Below are positions 19,546 through 29,717 of a DNA stretch of 64,000 bases, piece after piece. Both the position numbers and the translations under genes were made by a program. The notes under the pieces were generated by a model. That model worked only from the letters and a program-made list of their open reading frames with translations. It was not told the origin of the DNA and did not search any database. Origin of the DNA: an uncultured delta proteobacterium (GTDB lineage: Bacteria > Desulfobacterota > Binatia > UBA9968); NCBI GenBank assembly GCA_963737905.1, contig CAVTUQ010000011.1, forward strand, positions 32,001 through 96,000, written 5' to 3'. How positions within the stretch are numbered: the stretch's first letter is position 1; every line of letters starts with the position of its first letter.

Positions 19546-19794
19546 TCAAATTCGCTCATGCGAAGGTTTATGCCTGCCGATCCATTCCTGACCCTTGTCG
19601 ACAACCTTTTCGGCGCCGTCGCGAAGTTTGTCCGCCTGTTGGTTCAGATAATCCATTCCTTCATTGGTGCGGCGGCGAATATCCTCTCGGATCTCTTCGC
19701 CGGAGCGCGGAGCCAGCAATAAACCGGCCGCCAGGCCAATGCCTATGCCGATCAAAAGATAGGGAACTCCGCTCCCTTCATCGTTCCTAAACAT
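19546..19794 (-). CDS. YtxH-domain protein
   Basis: LLIGIGIGLAAGLLLAPRSGEEIREDI signature. Confidence 0.88.
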   Translation of the reverse strand: MFRNDEGSGVPYLLIGIGIGLAAGLLLAPRSGEEIREDIRRRTNEGMDYLNQQADKLRDGAEKVVDKGQEWIGRHKPSHERI

Positions 19795-19826
19795 CTTTGT
19801 TCCTTTCCATCTATTTTGCTTAGACG

Positions 19827-20141
19827 CTATGATTGTTTCTGCACTTGAAGATTATTCTTGACACTTTTCACTCCGCCGACTTGACGGGCGAGTTGTTCGG
19901 CCTTGGCCTTCTGATCCGCGGATTCAACGATCCCATTGAGCGTAACGACCTGGTTGGTGGTATCGACGTCAATGCGCGTCAGGTTCGCGGTCTTTTCTCC
20001 CACCAGTTTGGCCTTTACCGAAGCGGTAATAGTCGAATCATCCATGTACTGACCTGCGGTCTCGCCCGTCATGGAGGTGCACCCGCTCACCACCAACAGG
20101 GCCGCTAATACCATCGACGATATCCTTAATCGTTTTATCAT
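19827..20141 (-). CDS. BON-domain lipoprotein (OsmY-like)
   Basis: Lipobox VSGC, then DDSTITASVKAKL...VVTLNG...GVKSVKNNL. Confidence 0.92.
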   Translation of the reverse strand: MIKRLRISSMVLAALLVVSGCTSMTGETAGQYMDDSTITASVKAKLVGEKTANLTRIDVDTTNQVVTLNGIVESADQKAKAEQLARQVGGVKSVKNNLQVQKQS

Positions 20142-20197
20142 TTTTCATTCCTCCTTTTCTTGGACTTACCTTCTTGTTAATAGAGCGAAATGACTCG

Positions 20198-20350
20198 TCA
20201 TACGCGACCCATAACGAGCAGTAGGATCAATACGACTAAAATAAGCCCCAGACCACCGCTCGGGTAATAACCCCAGCCCGAGCTATAGGGCCAGGTCGGC
20301 AATGCTCCGACCAGAAGCAAAACGAGGATGATCAACAAGATTGTTCCCAT
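20198..20350 (-). CDS. DUF3309 family small membrane protein
   Basis: MGTILLIILVLLLVGALPTWPYSSGWGYYPSGGLG with an AGGAGG RBS. Confidence 0.92.
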   Translation of the reverse strand: MGTILLIILVLLLVGALPTWPYSSGWGYYPSGGLGLILVVLILLLVMGRV

Positions 20351-20488
20351 AAGACCTCCTTTCCATATCTCGATAAAAAACCCCATGATTTTTATTTTGG
20401 ACTCGCGATAACGTGAGCACACACTCGGGCCTTCTCCACGAACTCTCCTCCGTCCGCATCCTCCCCCCGGGCGGGAGAAGTCCGATGA

Positions 20489-20725
20489 TTAAATGGCTCT
20501 TGTTTTCCGGGCGGCTTCCGCATCCGTCTCCTGGCGTTCGAACCATTGGTCCGCCCAGCGGCTTACCTCTTGTTTTTTGTCGCCGTAACGGGCTTGCAAA
20601 GTTCCCTGGAACTTTTGATAGTCGCCTTCGATCTGCAGCAAATCGTCATCGGTAAATTGTCCCCATTGCTTTTTTAGCTCGCCTTTAAATTGAGTCCACC
20701 TACCCTTAAATTGATCTTTGTTCAT
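20489..20725 (-). CDS. csbD: CsbD family stress protein
   Basis: MNKDQFKGRWTQFKGELKKQWGQFTDDDL signature. Confidence 0.93.
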   Translation of the reverse strand: MNKDQFKGRWTQFKGELKKQWGQFTDDDLLQIEGDYQKFQGTLQARYGDKKQEVSRWADQWFERQETDAEAARKTRAI

Positions 20726-21501
20726 AACGGCTCCTTTCTGGTTTTGTCTTCGTGTTTTTGTTTTTTTCTACGTCTTGTGATCTCGAGATTACCCAAAGCA
20801 TGTGCCAACCGAGCGAAGGAGGGGATCGCTGTTGTTTTGTAAAGATTTATTTCGTGCTGGATCGTGAGCGATCCATCTTTGTCCGAGCTTCGCGCACAAG
20901 GTGGAAGAAAAAAACAGACGCTAGCGTTGGATGCTCTAAACACAACTATCGCGATGCGAGCGATGTCTATTGAGTAAGTGGATTGTCAGAAACCGGACGG
21001 AAGTTTTTCTGTGTGCTCCAGAAAGATGTTGAATCAAAAAACGGTTCGTTGAGAGGCAGCGCCTTGTGCATGATTTTTGCTGTTGTCACAGATTGCCTCC
21101 TTTTTGAATTCCTGTGCGATGAGGCGATGGTGGTTTTTGTCGCCGAAAATTCAGCTGTAGATTAGAACTTTAGGGCCGCTTCTCTCTTTTTACGGGCCGC
21201 GAAGAAATAAAAGGCCGGTATTTGGCGACCTTAGAGAATAGGTTCATCAGCGGCTTAGGTTTTAAGACAAACCCATGGTATGAGAGTGGTCCGGATTATT
21301 GTGCGCATTTTAGATACAAAATAAGTATGATATCTAGGACAGCCACGCGCTATTGGTGGAGCATTACGGTAGTGGCTAAAAATTGGGAATATTGAAAGAG
21401 GAGACCGATTTCGTTAGAGCGTATTGAAGTAGGCTCATTAGAGGTGAATAGATAGTCTATCCGACGAGCGGCTAACCCATGGCCGCAAGAGAGAAAAGCC
21501 A

Positions 21502-22959
21502 ATGAGTAAAGAAAACGGACAGCCCCTGAGAGCGGGAAAACTGTTAGTGGTCGATGACGACAGCAATCTCGTAGAGCTTGTTTCTATGAAGCTTCAGGCG
21601 GCGAACTATGAGGTGGCCACCGCCCTTAAGGAGGAAGAGGCCCTCAAAGCCGCCACCAGCGATGTCTTTGACCTTTGTATTGTCGATCTTAAGCTTTCCG
21701 GGCGAAACGGGATCTCTCTAATGACGGAACTGCACTCGGTCAACCCCGAGATGCCGGTCATTATACTGACCGGTCATGCCAGCGTGGAAAGCGCTGTGGA
21801 GGCGATGAAGAAGGGGGCCTACAGCTACCTGACCAAACCCTTTAACACCCCCGAACTATTGTTACAGATCGAGCGGGCGTTGGAGAACCGCCGGCTGAAC
21901 TCTGAGATCCAAAGACTGAAGGAGCTTTTGGAGGAGCGATACGATTTTACGAACATCATTGCGAGAAGTGAAGGGATGCGAAAGGTCCTCGACGTGGTCT
22001 CGCGCATCGCCTGTACCGAATCGACGGTATTTCTGCAGGGGGAGAGCGGCACGGGCAAGGAAATCGTGGCCAAGGCCATCCATCTCGCGAGTTCACGGAA
22101 AAATAAACCCTTTGTGGCCATCAATTGTGCGGCCCTGCCCGCAACCTTGCTCGAAAGCGAGCTTTTCGGTCATGAAAAAGGGTCGTTCACGGGCGCCAAC
22201 CGAAGCACGAAGGGCCTGCTCAGCCAGGCCGATGGAGGCACGATCTTCTTAGATGAAATCGGCGATATGCCGGCTTCCCTTCAGGCTAAACTCTTGCGCG
22301 TGTTGCAGGAGCGTGAATTTTATCCCGTGGGCAGCGAGAAGCCGGTTCAAGTCGATGTCCGCATCATCACCGCCACCAATAAGGATCTGCAGGCTGAGGT
22401 CAAAGAAGGCCATTTCCGCGAGGATTTGTTTTACCGGCTTCACGTGATTCCGATTCATCTGCCGCCGCTTCGCGAGCGAAAGGAAGATATCCCGCATTTG
22501 GCCAACCATTTTCTAAAAATCATTTCCCAGCAGATGAAAAAAGAGGTCAAGGGTATTACCCCCCAAGCGATGCAGAAGCTCATGCTTCACGATTGGCCGG
22601 GCAACGTCCGGGAACTGGAAAATTGCTTGGAATATGCCGTGGCGATGACCCCCCTGGATACGATTACCGAAGAGTTTGTCCTCCAGACCCGGCCCTCTAC
22701 CCCGGCGCTATCCCCGCAACAAGAAACCGGCCCCCAGATGCACATCGCGCTCAACGGGCCGGTCAAATCTTACAGGGATGCCCGCTATCTATTTGAAAGG
22801 GATTATCTGGTTAGGCTCCTGGAGCTTTGCGGCGGCAAAGCCAGCGAGGCGGCAAAACTCGCCGGCAAGTGCCGCACCGACTTCTATGAGCTACTTCGAA
22901 AACACGAGATCAAGATCGAAAATTTCAAGGCCGCCCCCAACGTAGCCCATACGGAGTGA
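21502..22959 (+). CDS. Sigma54-dependent response regulator (NtrC/GlrR-like enhancer-binding protein)
   Basis: Receiver domain, Walker A GESGTGKE, ESELFGHEKGSFTGA, FLDEIGD, WPGNVRELEN, and a Fis-type HTH resembling GlrR. Confidence 0.93.
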   Translation: MSKENGQPLRAGKLLVVDDDSNLVELVSMKLQAANYEVATALKEEEALKAATSDVFDLCIVDLKLSGRNGISLMTELHSVNPEMPVIILTGHASVESAVEAMKKGAYSYLTKPFNTPELLLQIERALENRRLNSEIQRLKELLEERYDFTNIIARSEGMRKVLDVVSRIACTESTVFLQGESGTGKEIVAKAIHLASSRKNKPFVAINCAALPATLLESELFGHEKGSFTGANRSTKGLLSQADGGTIFLDEIGDMPASLQAKLLRVLQEREFYPVGSEKPVQVDVRIITATNKDLQAEVKEGHFREDLFYRLHVIPIHLPPLRERKEDIPHLANHFLKIISQQMKKEVKGITPQAMQKLMLHDWPGNVRELENCLEYAVAMTPLDTITEEFVLQTRPSTPALSPQQETGPQMHIALNGPVKSYRDARYLFERDYLVRLLELCGGKASEAAKLAGKCRTDFYELLRKHEIKIENFKAAPNVAHTE

Positions 22960-22987
22960 CGCTCAGGGAGAAACCTCCGGAGTCTCC

Positions 22988-23497
22988 TCAAAGAAAAACA
23001 CTGATATTTTTCGCTCTCAAAACCGCTTGGTCTAGAAGAATCATTCGTCGAGCGATCTTTAGTCCGCCGTTTACGTGCCGCAGGACATCTTTTCTTGCTC
23101 CGACAAAGAAATCTTCATCCTTCTCCATGCGCGTGCGATAGACAATAAAGTTTGAATCGACTTCCAATTGGGTGCCGTCGTCTTTTCTTATTCGAATATT
23201 CGAAATCAGATGGCGAGTACGCGAGGGAGGCATTTCAGCCCAGGCGCTCTTTGAGTAAAACCTCTCGACTCTTATCCGAAGAGTTTCTTTACTATCGTTG
23301 AAATAATAGCTCTCGCCCGGTCTGGATAACTCTTCGGCCATCTCCTTGGGCCGGTCCAAGGGATTGAAGCGGACGGGCATCCAGTAATGAGTGTCGTCGG
23401 TGAAGAGCTCGAGCCATTCCCGTAGCCGTCGCTCGTCCAACAGGTCGGCTTCCAGGTACAAAAAATCTTCGACCCTATGGCGCAGGTCGCTATCCAT
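22988..23497 (-). CDS. Aromatic ring-hydroxylating dioxygenase, beta subunit
   Basis: FLYLEADLLD...YWMP...WAEMPPSRTRHLISN...NISVFL. Confidence 0.93.
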   Translation of the reverse strand: MDSDLRHRVEDFLYLEADLLDERRLREWLELFTDDTHYWMPVRFNPLDRPKEMAEELSRPGESYYFNDSKETLRIRVERFYSKSAWAEMPPSRTRHLISNIRIRKDDGTQLEVDSNFIVYRTRMEKDEDFFVGARKDVLRHVNGGLKIARRMILLDQAVLRAKNISVFL

Positions 23498-24776
23498 GTT
23501 TCGCGCTGTTGAGCTCGCGCCAGCTCTTCGCCTCGAGCACCTTGGCCCAATGCATGTAGAGGCTCAACTGGTTCGAATCGCTCCATCGGCTGGCTAACCG
23601 CCCCGGCAAATCGCTCTCCGTAATCTCCTCGCTTACGCCCATTTGATAGTTCGCCGGGAAGCGTCTGCCGATCACGCTGCGCGCCGCGGCGGTCACCTGA
23701 ATCCAATTGTCCATATCGTCTTGTTCAAACACCCCTGTAGGGCTGAAACGATACTGCGAGACGAAGCGCATCACGTCCTTGATGTTCGCGGGCGCCGTTT
23801 TATCGACAATGGCCCAGCTCCAAATCTCCATTTTGTCCGGCCCCCGTGGATGCCACACACGAAGGGTGCGGGTGAGCCAGTGAATCGACAGATTGGGGAA
23901 AACCGTTCCCGCCGAGGGCGCCACCTTGCGCGCTCGGGTAGCACCCAATCGGCTTTCAATCTCCGGAGTATGTTCTTTCATATATTCCACCAGCTCGACA
24001 ACCGGCTGCGCAAACCAGGGACCCGCATCATCCGGCGGACAGATCCACGCCACCAGAACGTGACCGTTGCCACAAGAAATCTGGCGGCCCTTGTTCCATT
24101 TTCTCGTCTCGCTCGTCGTCGTATCGATGCCCAGCTCCCGCGCCGAGCCGTGGGTACTAGCGATGTGATATCCATCGCCGCCAAAGTTTTCCGCTGCCGT
24201 TTTCCAGTTGGCATCCACCACCCAACGGTGCGGCCCGCTTACCTCCGTGCCCCCTTCCCTCCGGTCCAGAAGAATATCCAGGTACCAAGCCATGTCGCCA
24301 AGATATTCCGCCAAAGTCGGTGCCTCGGGATCGAAAGTCGCAAAGATCAATCCCTTGTAGCTGTCGAGTTGCGCGACCGGAATCAATCCCCATCGATCTC
24401 GATCCAGGTCGCGGAAAGCCTCGGCCATCGGCACGATGGCAAGCTTGCCCTCCGTGGAGTAGGTCCAGCCGTGATAGGAACAGGTGAAAAGTTTGGCGTT
24501 ACCCCGGTCGGCACGGCACACTCGGTTACCCCGGTGGCGGCAGAGGTTCAAAAAGGCGCGGAGACGCCCGGTTAGATCGCGGCACAAGATGACCGGCTCT
24601 TCCCCCATATACGCCGTGACGAAATCACCCGGATTGGGAACCTCGCTTTCGTGGCCGAGATAGAGCCAACAGCGGGCGAAGAGCCGCTCGCGTTCCAGCT
24701 CGTAGATCTCAGGGTCGGCAAAAATCCGCCGGTTTACGAGACCGGCTTCTGGATCGACAAGCGTCTTGATCTTCAT
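23490..24776 (-). CDS. Aromatic ring-hydroxylating dioxygenase, alpha subunit (Rieske)
   Basis: Rieske motif CRHRG...CSYHGW and mononuclear Fe ligands ENFGGDGYH....H and EQDD. Confidence 0.95.
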   Translation of the reverse strand: MKIKTLVDPEAGLVNRRIFADPEIYELERERLFARCWLYLGHESEVPNPGDFVTAYMGEEPVILCRDLTGRLRAFLNLCRHRGNRVCRADRGNAKLFTCSYHGWTYSTEGKLAIVPMAEAFRDLDRDRWGLIPVAQLDSYKGLIFATFDPEAPTLAEYLGDMAWYLDILLDRREGGTEVSGPHRWVVDANWKTAAENFGGDGYHIASTHGSARELGIDTTTSETRKWNKGRQISCGNGHVLVAWICPPDDAGPWFAQPVVELVEYMKEHTPEIESRLGATRARKVAPSAGTVFPNLSIHWLTRTLRVWHPRGPDKMEIWSWAIVDKTAPANIKDVMRFVSQYRFSPTGVFEQDDMDNWIQVTAAARSVIGRRFPANYQMGVSEEITESDLPGRLASRWSDSNQLSLYMHWAKVLEAKSWRELNSAKHG

Positions 24777-24792
24777 TCGATGCTTCCTTTCG

Positions 24793-24832
24793 AATCCATC
24801 ACTCCATTACTCCATCATTCCAATACTCCAGT
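24793..24832. repeat. Five degenerate 8-bp tandem units (AcTCCAnn)
   Basis: aatccatc actccatt actccatc attccaat actccagt, between the cupin and dioxygenase genes. Confidence 0.75.
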
Positions 24833-24833
24833 C

Positions 24834-25874
24834 TTAGTCCTCCACAACCGAGACCGCAGCTTCGACTCCTTTTTTCGCCAGCTCCTGCAAGTACTCGCGA
24901 TGAATCTCGGGCGGTTCTTCTTCCATGGGGATCATTGTCCATAGCGGATTGCGAAACCGGTCGTGGCTATATTTTGGGCTGTCTCCCCGCATGGCGAAGT
25001 GGCGCATGGTTCCCTTCCCGGTATTGAAATGACCGTGCCACATGAGGTCTCCGGGCGAATAGACCGTGCCGACGTGAAACTCGTGTCGCACCCGGGGTTC
25101 GCCGTCTTTCCAGAGCATCACGTAGCCTTCTCCCTGGGTGATGATGATCACGGCCCCGGGACCGTGGCGGTGAAAAGTGCTGCGGGACCCGGGGGGAAAC
25201 TCCGACACGTGACAGCCGTAGGTGGTGTCCGCCAGGGTGTAACGCATGTGTTTTACACCGTTGCCCTTCATCGGAAAATCATCGAGCACGAACTGATTGA
25301 CATCCGGAACCAGATTGGTTTCCCAATATCGGTCCGCCATATGTTTATTAAAGCGCAGAAACTCCTGCCCATCATGAAAACGGTCGCGGAAGTTAAACGG
25401 GTTGCGAAAGATAAAATCTTCATTGTGAAAAATATTGATCATGCGCGGGCAGGTGGTTCCGGCAAACAATCGGACCGGTTCGTCCCGGGAGCCGTTGAAA
25501 TGTTGGTAAGAGGAGTTCAAGGGAATGGCGAAGACCGCACCCGGTCCCCACTCGAAGGTCACTTTAGCGGTTCCCTCTTGCCACACCGAAGTGGCGCCCC
25601 GTCCTTTGACAATATAGATGATCTCTTCAAAGAGGTGGCGCTGGGGTAGAGTTTGGCTGCCGGGCGGGATTTCACAGACATAGACGTCGGTTTGTTGTTG
25701 GTTGGCGAGATTGAGAAAGCAACCCGCGGCTCCCATTCTTTCCCAGCGGCCAAGCTCTAGTTCCATCACGTCGCTGACGACGTGCCCCCGGATGATTGGA
25801 ATTCCTTCCTTGGCCTGCAGCTGATCGTAAGGCGTCGGTCCAAAGTCGAGATGCTCCCGAAAAGGCAAAAGCAT
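24834..25874 (-). CDS. Bicupin protein
   Basis: Two cupin motif sets (QRHLFEE...YQHFN and HRHGPGA...HGHFNTG). Paralogue of 45907..47034. Confidence 0.85.
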   Translation of the reverse strand: MLLPFREHLDFGPTPYDQLQAKEGIPIIRGHVVSDVMELELGRWERMGAAGCFLNLANQQQTDVYVCEIPPGSQTLPQRHLFEEIIYIVKGRGATSVWQEGTAKVTFEWGPGAVFAIPLNSSYQHFNGSRDEPVRLFAGTTCPRMINIFHNEDFIFRNPFNFRDRFHDGQEFLRFNKHMADRYWETNLVPDVNQFVLDDFPMKGNGVKHMRYTLADTTYGCHVSEFPPGSRSTFHRHGPGAVIIITQGEGYVMLWKDGEPRVRHEFHVGTVYSPGDLMWHGHFNTGKGTMRHFAMRGDSPKYSHDRFRNPLWTMIPMEEEPPEIHREYLQELAKKGVEAAVSVVED

Positions 25875-26098
25875 GTTTGAGTCTCCTCCGCAGTTTCACA
25901 TTTGTAAGCACAATCGTCCACCGGAGACAACCGATTCGCGATCTTGAGTATTGCGTGTCGAGGTTTGCTCGAACACTCACTGTCGCCGCCACTTTTTAGA
26001 GCAGTAACTGCATAAAAATTAGACTCCGCACTACCCCAAACGGAACCATCTGAACTGCCAACCACTCATCGCGCAAGTAAAATCACGAAAGTGACTCT

Positions 26099-26114
26099 TG
26101 GTACGTTTTCTGCT
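26099..26114 (+). promoter_or_regulatory. Sigma54-like promoter (glgP)
   Basis: TGGTACGTTTTCTGCT with GG-N10-GC spacing. Confidence 0.55.
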
Positions 26115-26262
26115 CCTTAACCGATAAGTCAGCACGGAGGAGGTCCAATCCCTCCTGAGACTTTCTCCAACTCACCGCGGAGATGGTATTCGCTGCCGTC
26201 TCCCGGTGAGAAAATTTTCTGGCCAAATGGAAAACAACGCGTTAGGAGATTGAGACTCCTCG

Positions 26263-27972
26263 ATGCTACCCAGAGAAATGCGACCTGGCTCTATCGCGTA
26301 CTTTTCCATGGAGGTTGGTCTCGACCCTTCAATGCCCACCTATAGCGGCGGCCTCGGTATCCTTGCCGGAGATACCTTGCGTGCCGCCGCCGATCTCGGT
26401 CTCCCCATGATCGGCGTAACCCTTTTGCACCGCCAAGGTTACTTCCGCCAACACTTGGATTTGACAGGCAACCAGCTTGAGAGCCCCGCAGTTTGGAATT
26501 TTGAAGAGGTTCTGGAACCTATGGCGCCGCGTATCCTGGTGCCCATTGAGGGGCAACAGGTTCACCTTTGCGCGTGGCGTCACTTGGTCCGTGGCGTGTT
26601 CGGCCACACCGTTCCGGTTTACTTCCTCGATACCGGTCTCGAAGACAACAGTCCCGGAGAACAGAGCCTGACGGATTCGCTCTACGGTGGAAACTCTTAC
26701 CACCGCCTGTGTCAGGAAGTCGTGCTGGGAATGGGCGGCATGGCGATGCTGGACGCCCTCGGCTTCAAGAACATCAATACCTATCACATGAACGAGGGAC
26801 ATGCCGCATTGCTGACCCTGGCGCTTTTAGAACAGCAAACAAACGGAGGGGGGCTGCCGGCGGCAAGCGATTGGGACAGAGAGGCGGTTCGACAACGCTG
26901 CGTCTTTACTACCCACACTCCGGTGCCGGCAGGGCATGACCAATTTTCTATTGATCTTATCAGCCGTGTTCTGGGGCCAGAACGATTGGCCGCCTTGGAG
27001 ACAATGCAGTGTATGTCGAACGGCTCCCTAAACATGACCTATCTGGCACTGCAGCTGTCTCGTTACGTTAATGGCGTGGCCATGCGCCACGGGGAAATTT
27101 CCCGCAATATGTTTCCCCACTATCCCATTGACTCCATCACCAACGGTGTCCACGCTTTGACCTGGACCTCCCTCCCCTTTCGCAACCTTTTTGATCGTTA
27201 CATTCCGGAGTGGCGGCGCGACAATTTCTATTTACGTTATGCCACAAAAATTCCGCTGGCAGATGTGCGCCGCGCTCACACCCTCGCCAAACGCGAATTA
27301 TTGGCCAGGGTCGCCCAGCGCACGGGAACCCATCTCGCCGAGAATGTCATAACGCTCTGCTTTGCCCGCCGAGCCGCAACCTATAAACGCGCCGATTTAT
27401 TGTTCGAAGATCTCGAGCGCCTCAAAAGCATCGCCCAGCGGGCCGGCCCGTTTCAGGTGATCTACGGCGGGAAGGCCCATCCTCAGGATGACGAGGGGAA
27501 AGCCGTGATCCGGCGGATTTTCGAGTTTGCGGCCAGCCTGGGGGACAATGTCCGGATTGTCTATATAGAGAACTACGACATGGAGTTGGCTCGGTCGCTC
27601 TGCGCAGGAGTGGATCTCTGGTTGAACACTCCACAGAGGCCCATGGAGGCTTCTGGCACGAGCGGCATGAAGGCAGCCCTCAATGGCGTTCCGAGCTTGA
27701 GCATCCTGGACGGCTGGTGGATCGAAGGTCATGTGGAAGGGGTCACAGGCTGGGCCATCGGCGACCGCTACGACAGCGGGATTGACCTTGCCGAAGAGGC
27801 AAATTCTCTCTACGACAAACTGGAGCATGTCATTCTGCCCTTGTTTTACGGCCAGCCCGAGGCCTATACGGAGATCAGGCGCTCAACCATCGCGTTGAAC
27901 GGCTCATTCTTTCACACGCAACGCATGGTGTTGCAGTATTTGCGGAATGCCTATTTGGGCGTTGAACCCTAA
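26263..27972 (+). CDS. glgP: Alpha-glucan (glycogen/maltodextrin) phosphorylase, short form
   Basis: YFSME, YSGGLGILAGD, HMNEGH, FTTHTPV, and the PLP lysine in EASGTSGMK. Confidence 0.95.
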   Translation: MLPREMRPGSIAYFSMEVGLDPSMPTYSGGLGILAGDTLRAAADLGLPMIGVTLLHRQGYFRQHLDLTGNQLESPAVWNFEEVLEPMAPRILVPIEGQQVHLCAWRHLVRGVFGHTVPVYFLDTGLEDNSPGEQSLTDSLYGGNSYHRLCQEVVLGMGGMAMLDALGFKNINTYHMNEGHAALLTLALLEQQTNGGGLPAASDWDREAVRQRCVFTTHTPVPAGHDQFSIDLISRVLGPERLAALETMQCMSNGSLNMTYLALQLSRYVNGVAMRHGEISRNMFPHYPIDSITNGVHALTWTSLPFRNLFDRYIPEWRRDNFYLRYATKIPLADVRRAHTLAKRELLARVAQRTGTHLAENVITLCFARRAATYKRADLLFEDLERLKSIAQRAGPFQVIYGGKAHPQDDEGKAVIRRIFEFAASLGDNVRIVYIENYDMELARSLCAGVDLWLNTPQRPMEASGTSGMKAALNGVPSLSILDGWWIEGHVEGVTGWAIGDRYDSGIDLAEEANSLYDKLEHVILPLFYGQPEAYTEIRRSTIALNGSFFHTQRMVLQYLRNAYLGVEP

Positions 27973-27975
27973 CAG

Positions 27976-28030
27976 ATTGGAATACTGGAATGATGGATGT
28001 AAAACCCAAAATTCCAACACCCCATTTCCC
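27976..28030. repeat. Inverted array of 8-bp units between convergent genes (hairpin-forming)
   Basis: attggaat actggaat gatgg ... attccaac accccatt, the same unit family as 24793 and 38707. Confidence 0.6.
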
Positions 28031-29359
28031 CTAAAACCCACCGCCCAGGTCGGTCAGGACGTGCTCGAATTTTTTTCTGAATGCTTCTGTCGATAGCGGT
28101 TTTTCACCACTGGAAACAGCGCGCGCCAATTTTTCGAGACGTTCAAGATTTTCGAAATCCTCCCGTTCCAATCGAATCATATACTCGCGGGCCACTTTGT
28201 AGGCGGGCTTGGAGATGTCGACGGGCCGCACGGACGTCTTTTTTGTTCTCGAGTCCATGAGGTCTTCGAACTTGAGATAACGCAGCTGGCCGTCAACGAT
28301 GCAGACGAGGGCTCCATCGATTCTTGATGTCGATTCGTCAGGGTTTAAAAGAAATTCCACCGCGCCATAGCCGAGGGTCTTCACGTACTCGCAATCAAAA
28401 GCTACCGGTGGAGCGCAACGAAGTTCATAACCGATGGTTTTGTGAACGATGGTAAGATTCTGGCCACGCTCCGCGAAACGCCGTTCAACCAGATTCTTCA
28501 AAATGTAAGCCAGATCAAGCTCGGCAAGGCGGAGATGGCCGTAGCTGTCGTGCAGAATTTGCACGCCCTCGATGCTTGTCAGCTCTTCCACAGGCATGCG
28601 TTCAAGCAACCCCTCGGCGATGACCGCGACCCCATCATGTCGTTGCCATAACGCTTGCCGCTTTAAGATGGCGCCCTCCAAGAGATCTCCTACCGTTTTA
28701 AGGTGAACAGAACCGGGGAATTCCTCAGGTATCACGGAAAGTGTAGCGCCGGCGGCTTTGCCGACGCCGAGCGCTAGATGCCCTGCGGTTCGTCCCATGA
28801 CCACAACAAAATACCAGCGATGCGTGGTGCGGGAATCCTCCATCAAGTTATGTACAATTTCAAAGCCGTGCTGGCGCGCTGTTTCAAAGCCGAATGTCGG
28901 CATTTCTCCCGGCAGCGGCAGATCATTATCAATGGTCTTGGGGACATGACACACTCGAATCCTTCCGGCCGAGCACTTGGCCACCTGGCTCGCCGCGTAC
29001 ATCGTATCGTCGCCACCGATCGTTACCAGGTATCCGACCTGTAGCATTTTTAGGACGGCAACAACCTGTTCCATGTCCTTGGTTTTTTTGGTCGGGTTCG
29101 CGCGGGATGTGTTGAGAATCGAGCCGCCGGCGAAGTGAATCCGGGAAACGTCGTCGTGATCAAGAAGTTTGGTCCGGTCGATTCTTCCTTCCATCAGGTG
29201 AGAAAATCCGTCGTAAATCCCGACGACCTGATGGCCGCGATTACCGGCCTCAAGGGTGACAGCACCGATGGCACCATTGATCCCCGGAGCCGGCCCTCCG
29301 CCAACGATGATGCCGACTCGATCTCTGCCGTCCGAAGGACGCGATGAATTAGCCGTCAT
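28031..29359 (-). CDS. pfp: Pyrophosphate-dependent phosphofructokinase
   Basis: GGGPAPG, TIGGDDT (GGDD is the PPi-type signature), PKTIDND, MGR and GYELRC. Confidence 0.9.
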   Translation of the reverse strand: MTANSSRPSDGRDRVGIIVGGGPAPGINGAIGAVTLEAGNRGHQVVGIYDGFSHLMEGRIDRTKLLDHDDVSRIHFAGGSILNTSRANPTKKTKDMEQVVAVLKMLQVGYLVTIGGDDTMYAASQVAKCSAGRIRVCHVPKTIDNDLPLPGEMPTFGFETARQHGFEIVHNLMEDSRTTHRWYFVVVMGRTAGHLALGVGKAAGATLSVIPEEFPGSVHLKTVGDLLEGAILKRQALWQRHDGVAVIAEGLLERMPVEELTSIEGVQILHDSYGHLRLAELDLAYILKNLVERRFAERGQNLTIVHKTIGYELRCAPPVAFDCEYVKTLGYGAVEFLLNPDESTSRIDGALVCIVDGQLRYLKFEDLMDSRTKKTSVRPVDISKPAYKVAREYMIRLEREDFENLERLEKLARAVSSGEKPLSTEAFRKKFEHVLTDLGGGF

Positions 29360-29417
29360 GACTGCTATCGTCTCCGATTAATCTCACCGATCGTTTCGTT
29401 ATTAATGTTTGTTCGAG

Positions 29418-29433
29418 CGCAATTGACGTGCCA
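29418..29433 (-). promoter_or_regulatory. Sigma54 -24/-12 promoter (pfp)
   Basis: TGGCACGTCAATTGCG on the minus strand, about 59 bp upstream of the start. Confidence 0.7.
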
Positions 29434-29717
29434 TACCCGGTTAACAAAAAGCCGCGGCCGCTAGCGCCGCCTCGGCCTATGACATCCGATCAAATAGTAA
29501 CGAAAAAGTGATTGAATGTTGAAACTTGCTCTAAAAATATGCAGCGGGTGACTGAATTCTCATCACGCGGAATGAGCTCTCCGGTCATTCTCTCCGAGAA
29601 TACCTCTACCACGTGCGTCGCGTCGCGGAATAGAAGTTGCTTTCATTGAGTGACGAAAGTCTAATTTGCAGTGGCCGAAACTTTCTTTGAACCGTAGTAT
29701 GCGGGGAACAATGAGTT

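Noticed and set aside
21066-21081. GTGCATGATTTTTGCT as a sigma54 promoter
   Set aside because: It lacks the invariant -24 GG and has no nearby downstream start.
24793-24832. Short repeats as a possible CRISPR array
   Set aside because: The units are 8-9 bp and degenerate, with no spacers and no cas genes.
26179-26203. GGAGATGGTATTC resembling the start of a fluoride riboswitch
   Set aside because: The downstream pseudoknot and conserved elements are not evident, and the adjacent gene is glgP. Kept only as a generic hairpin.
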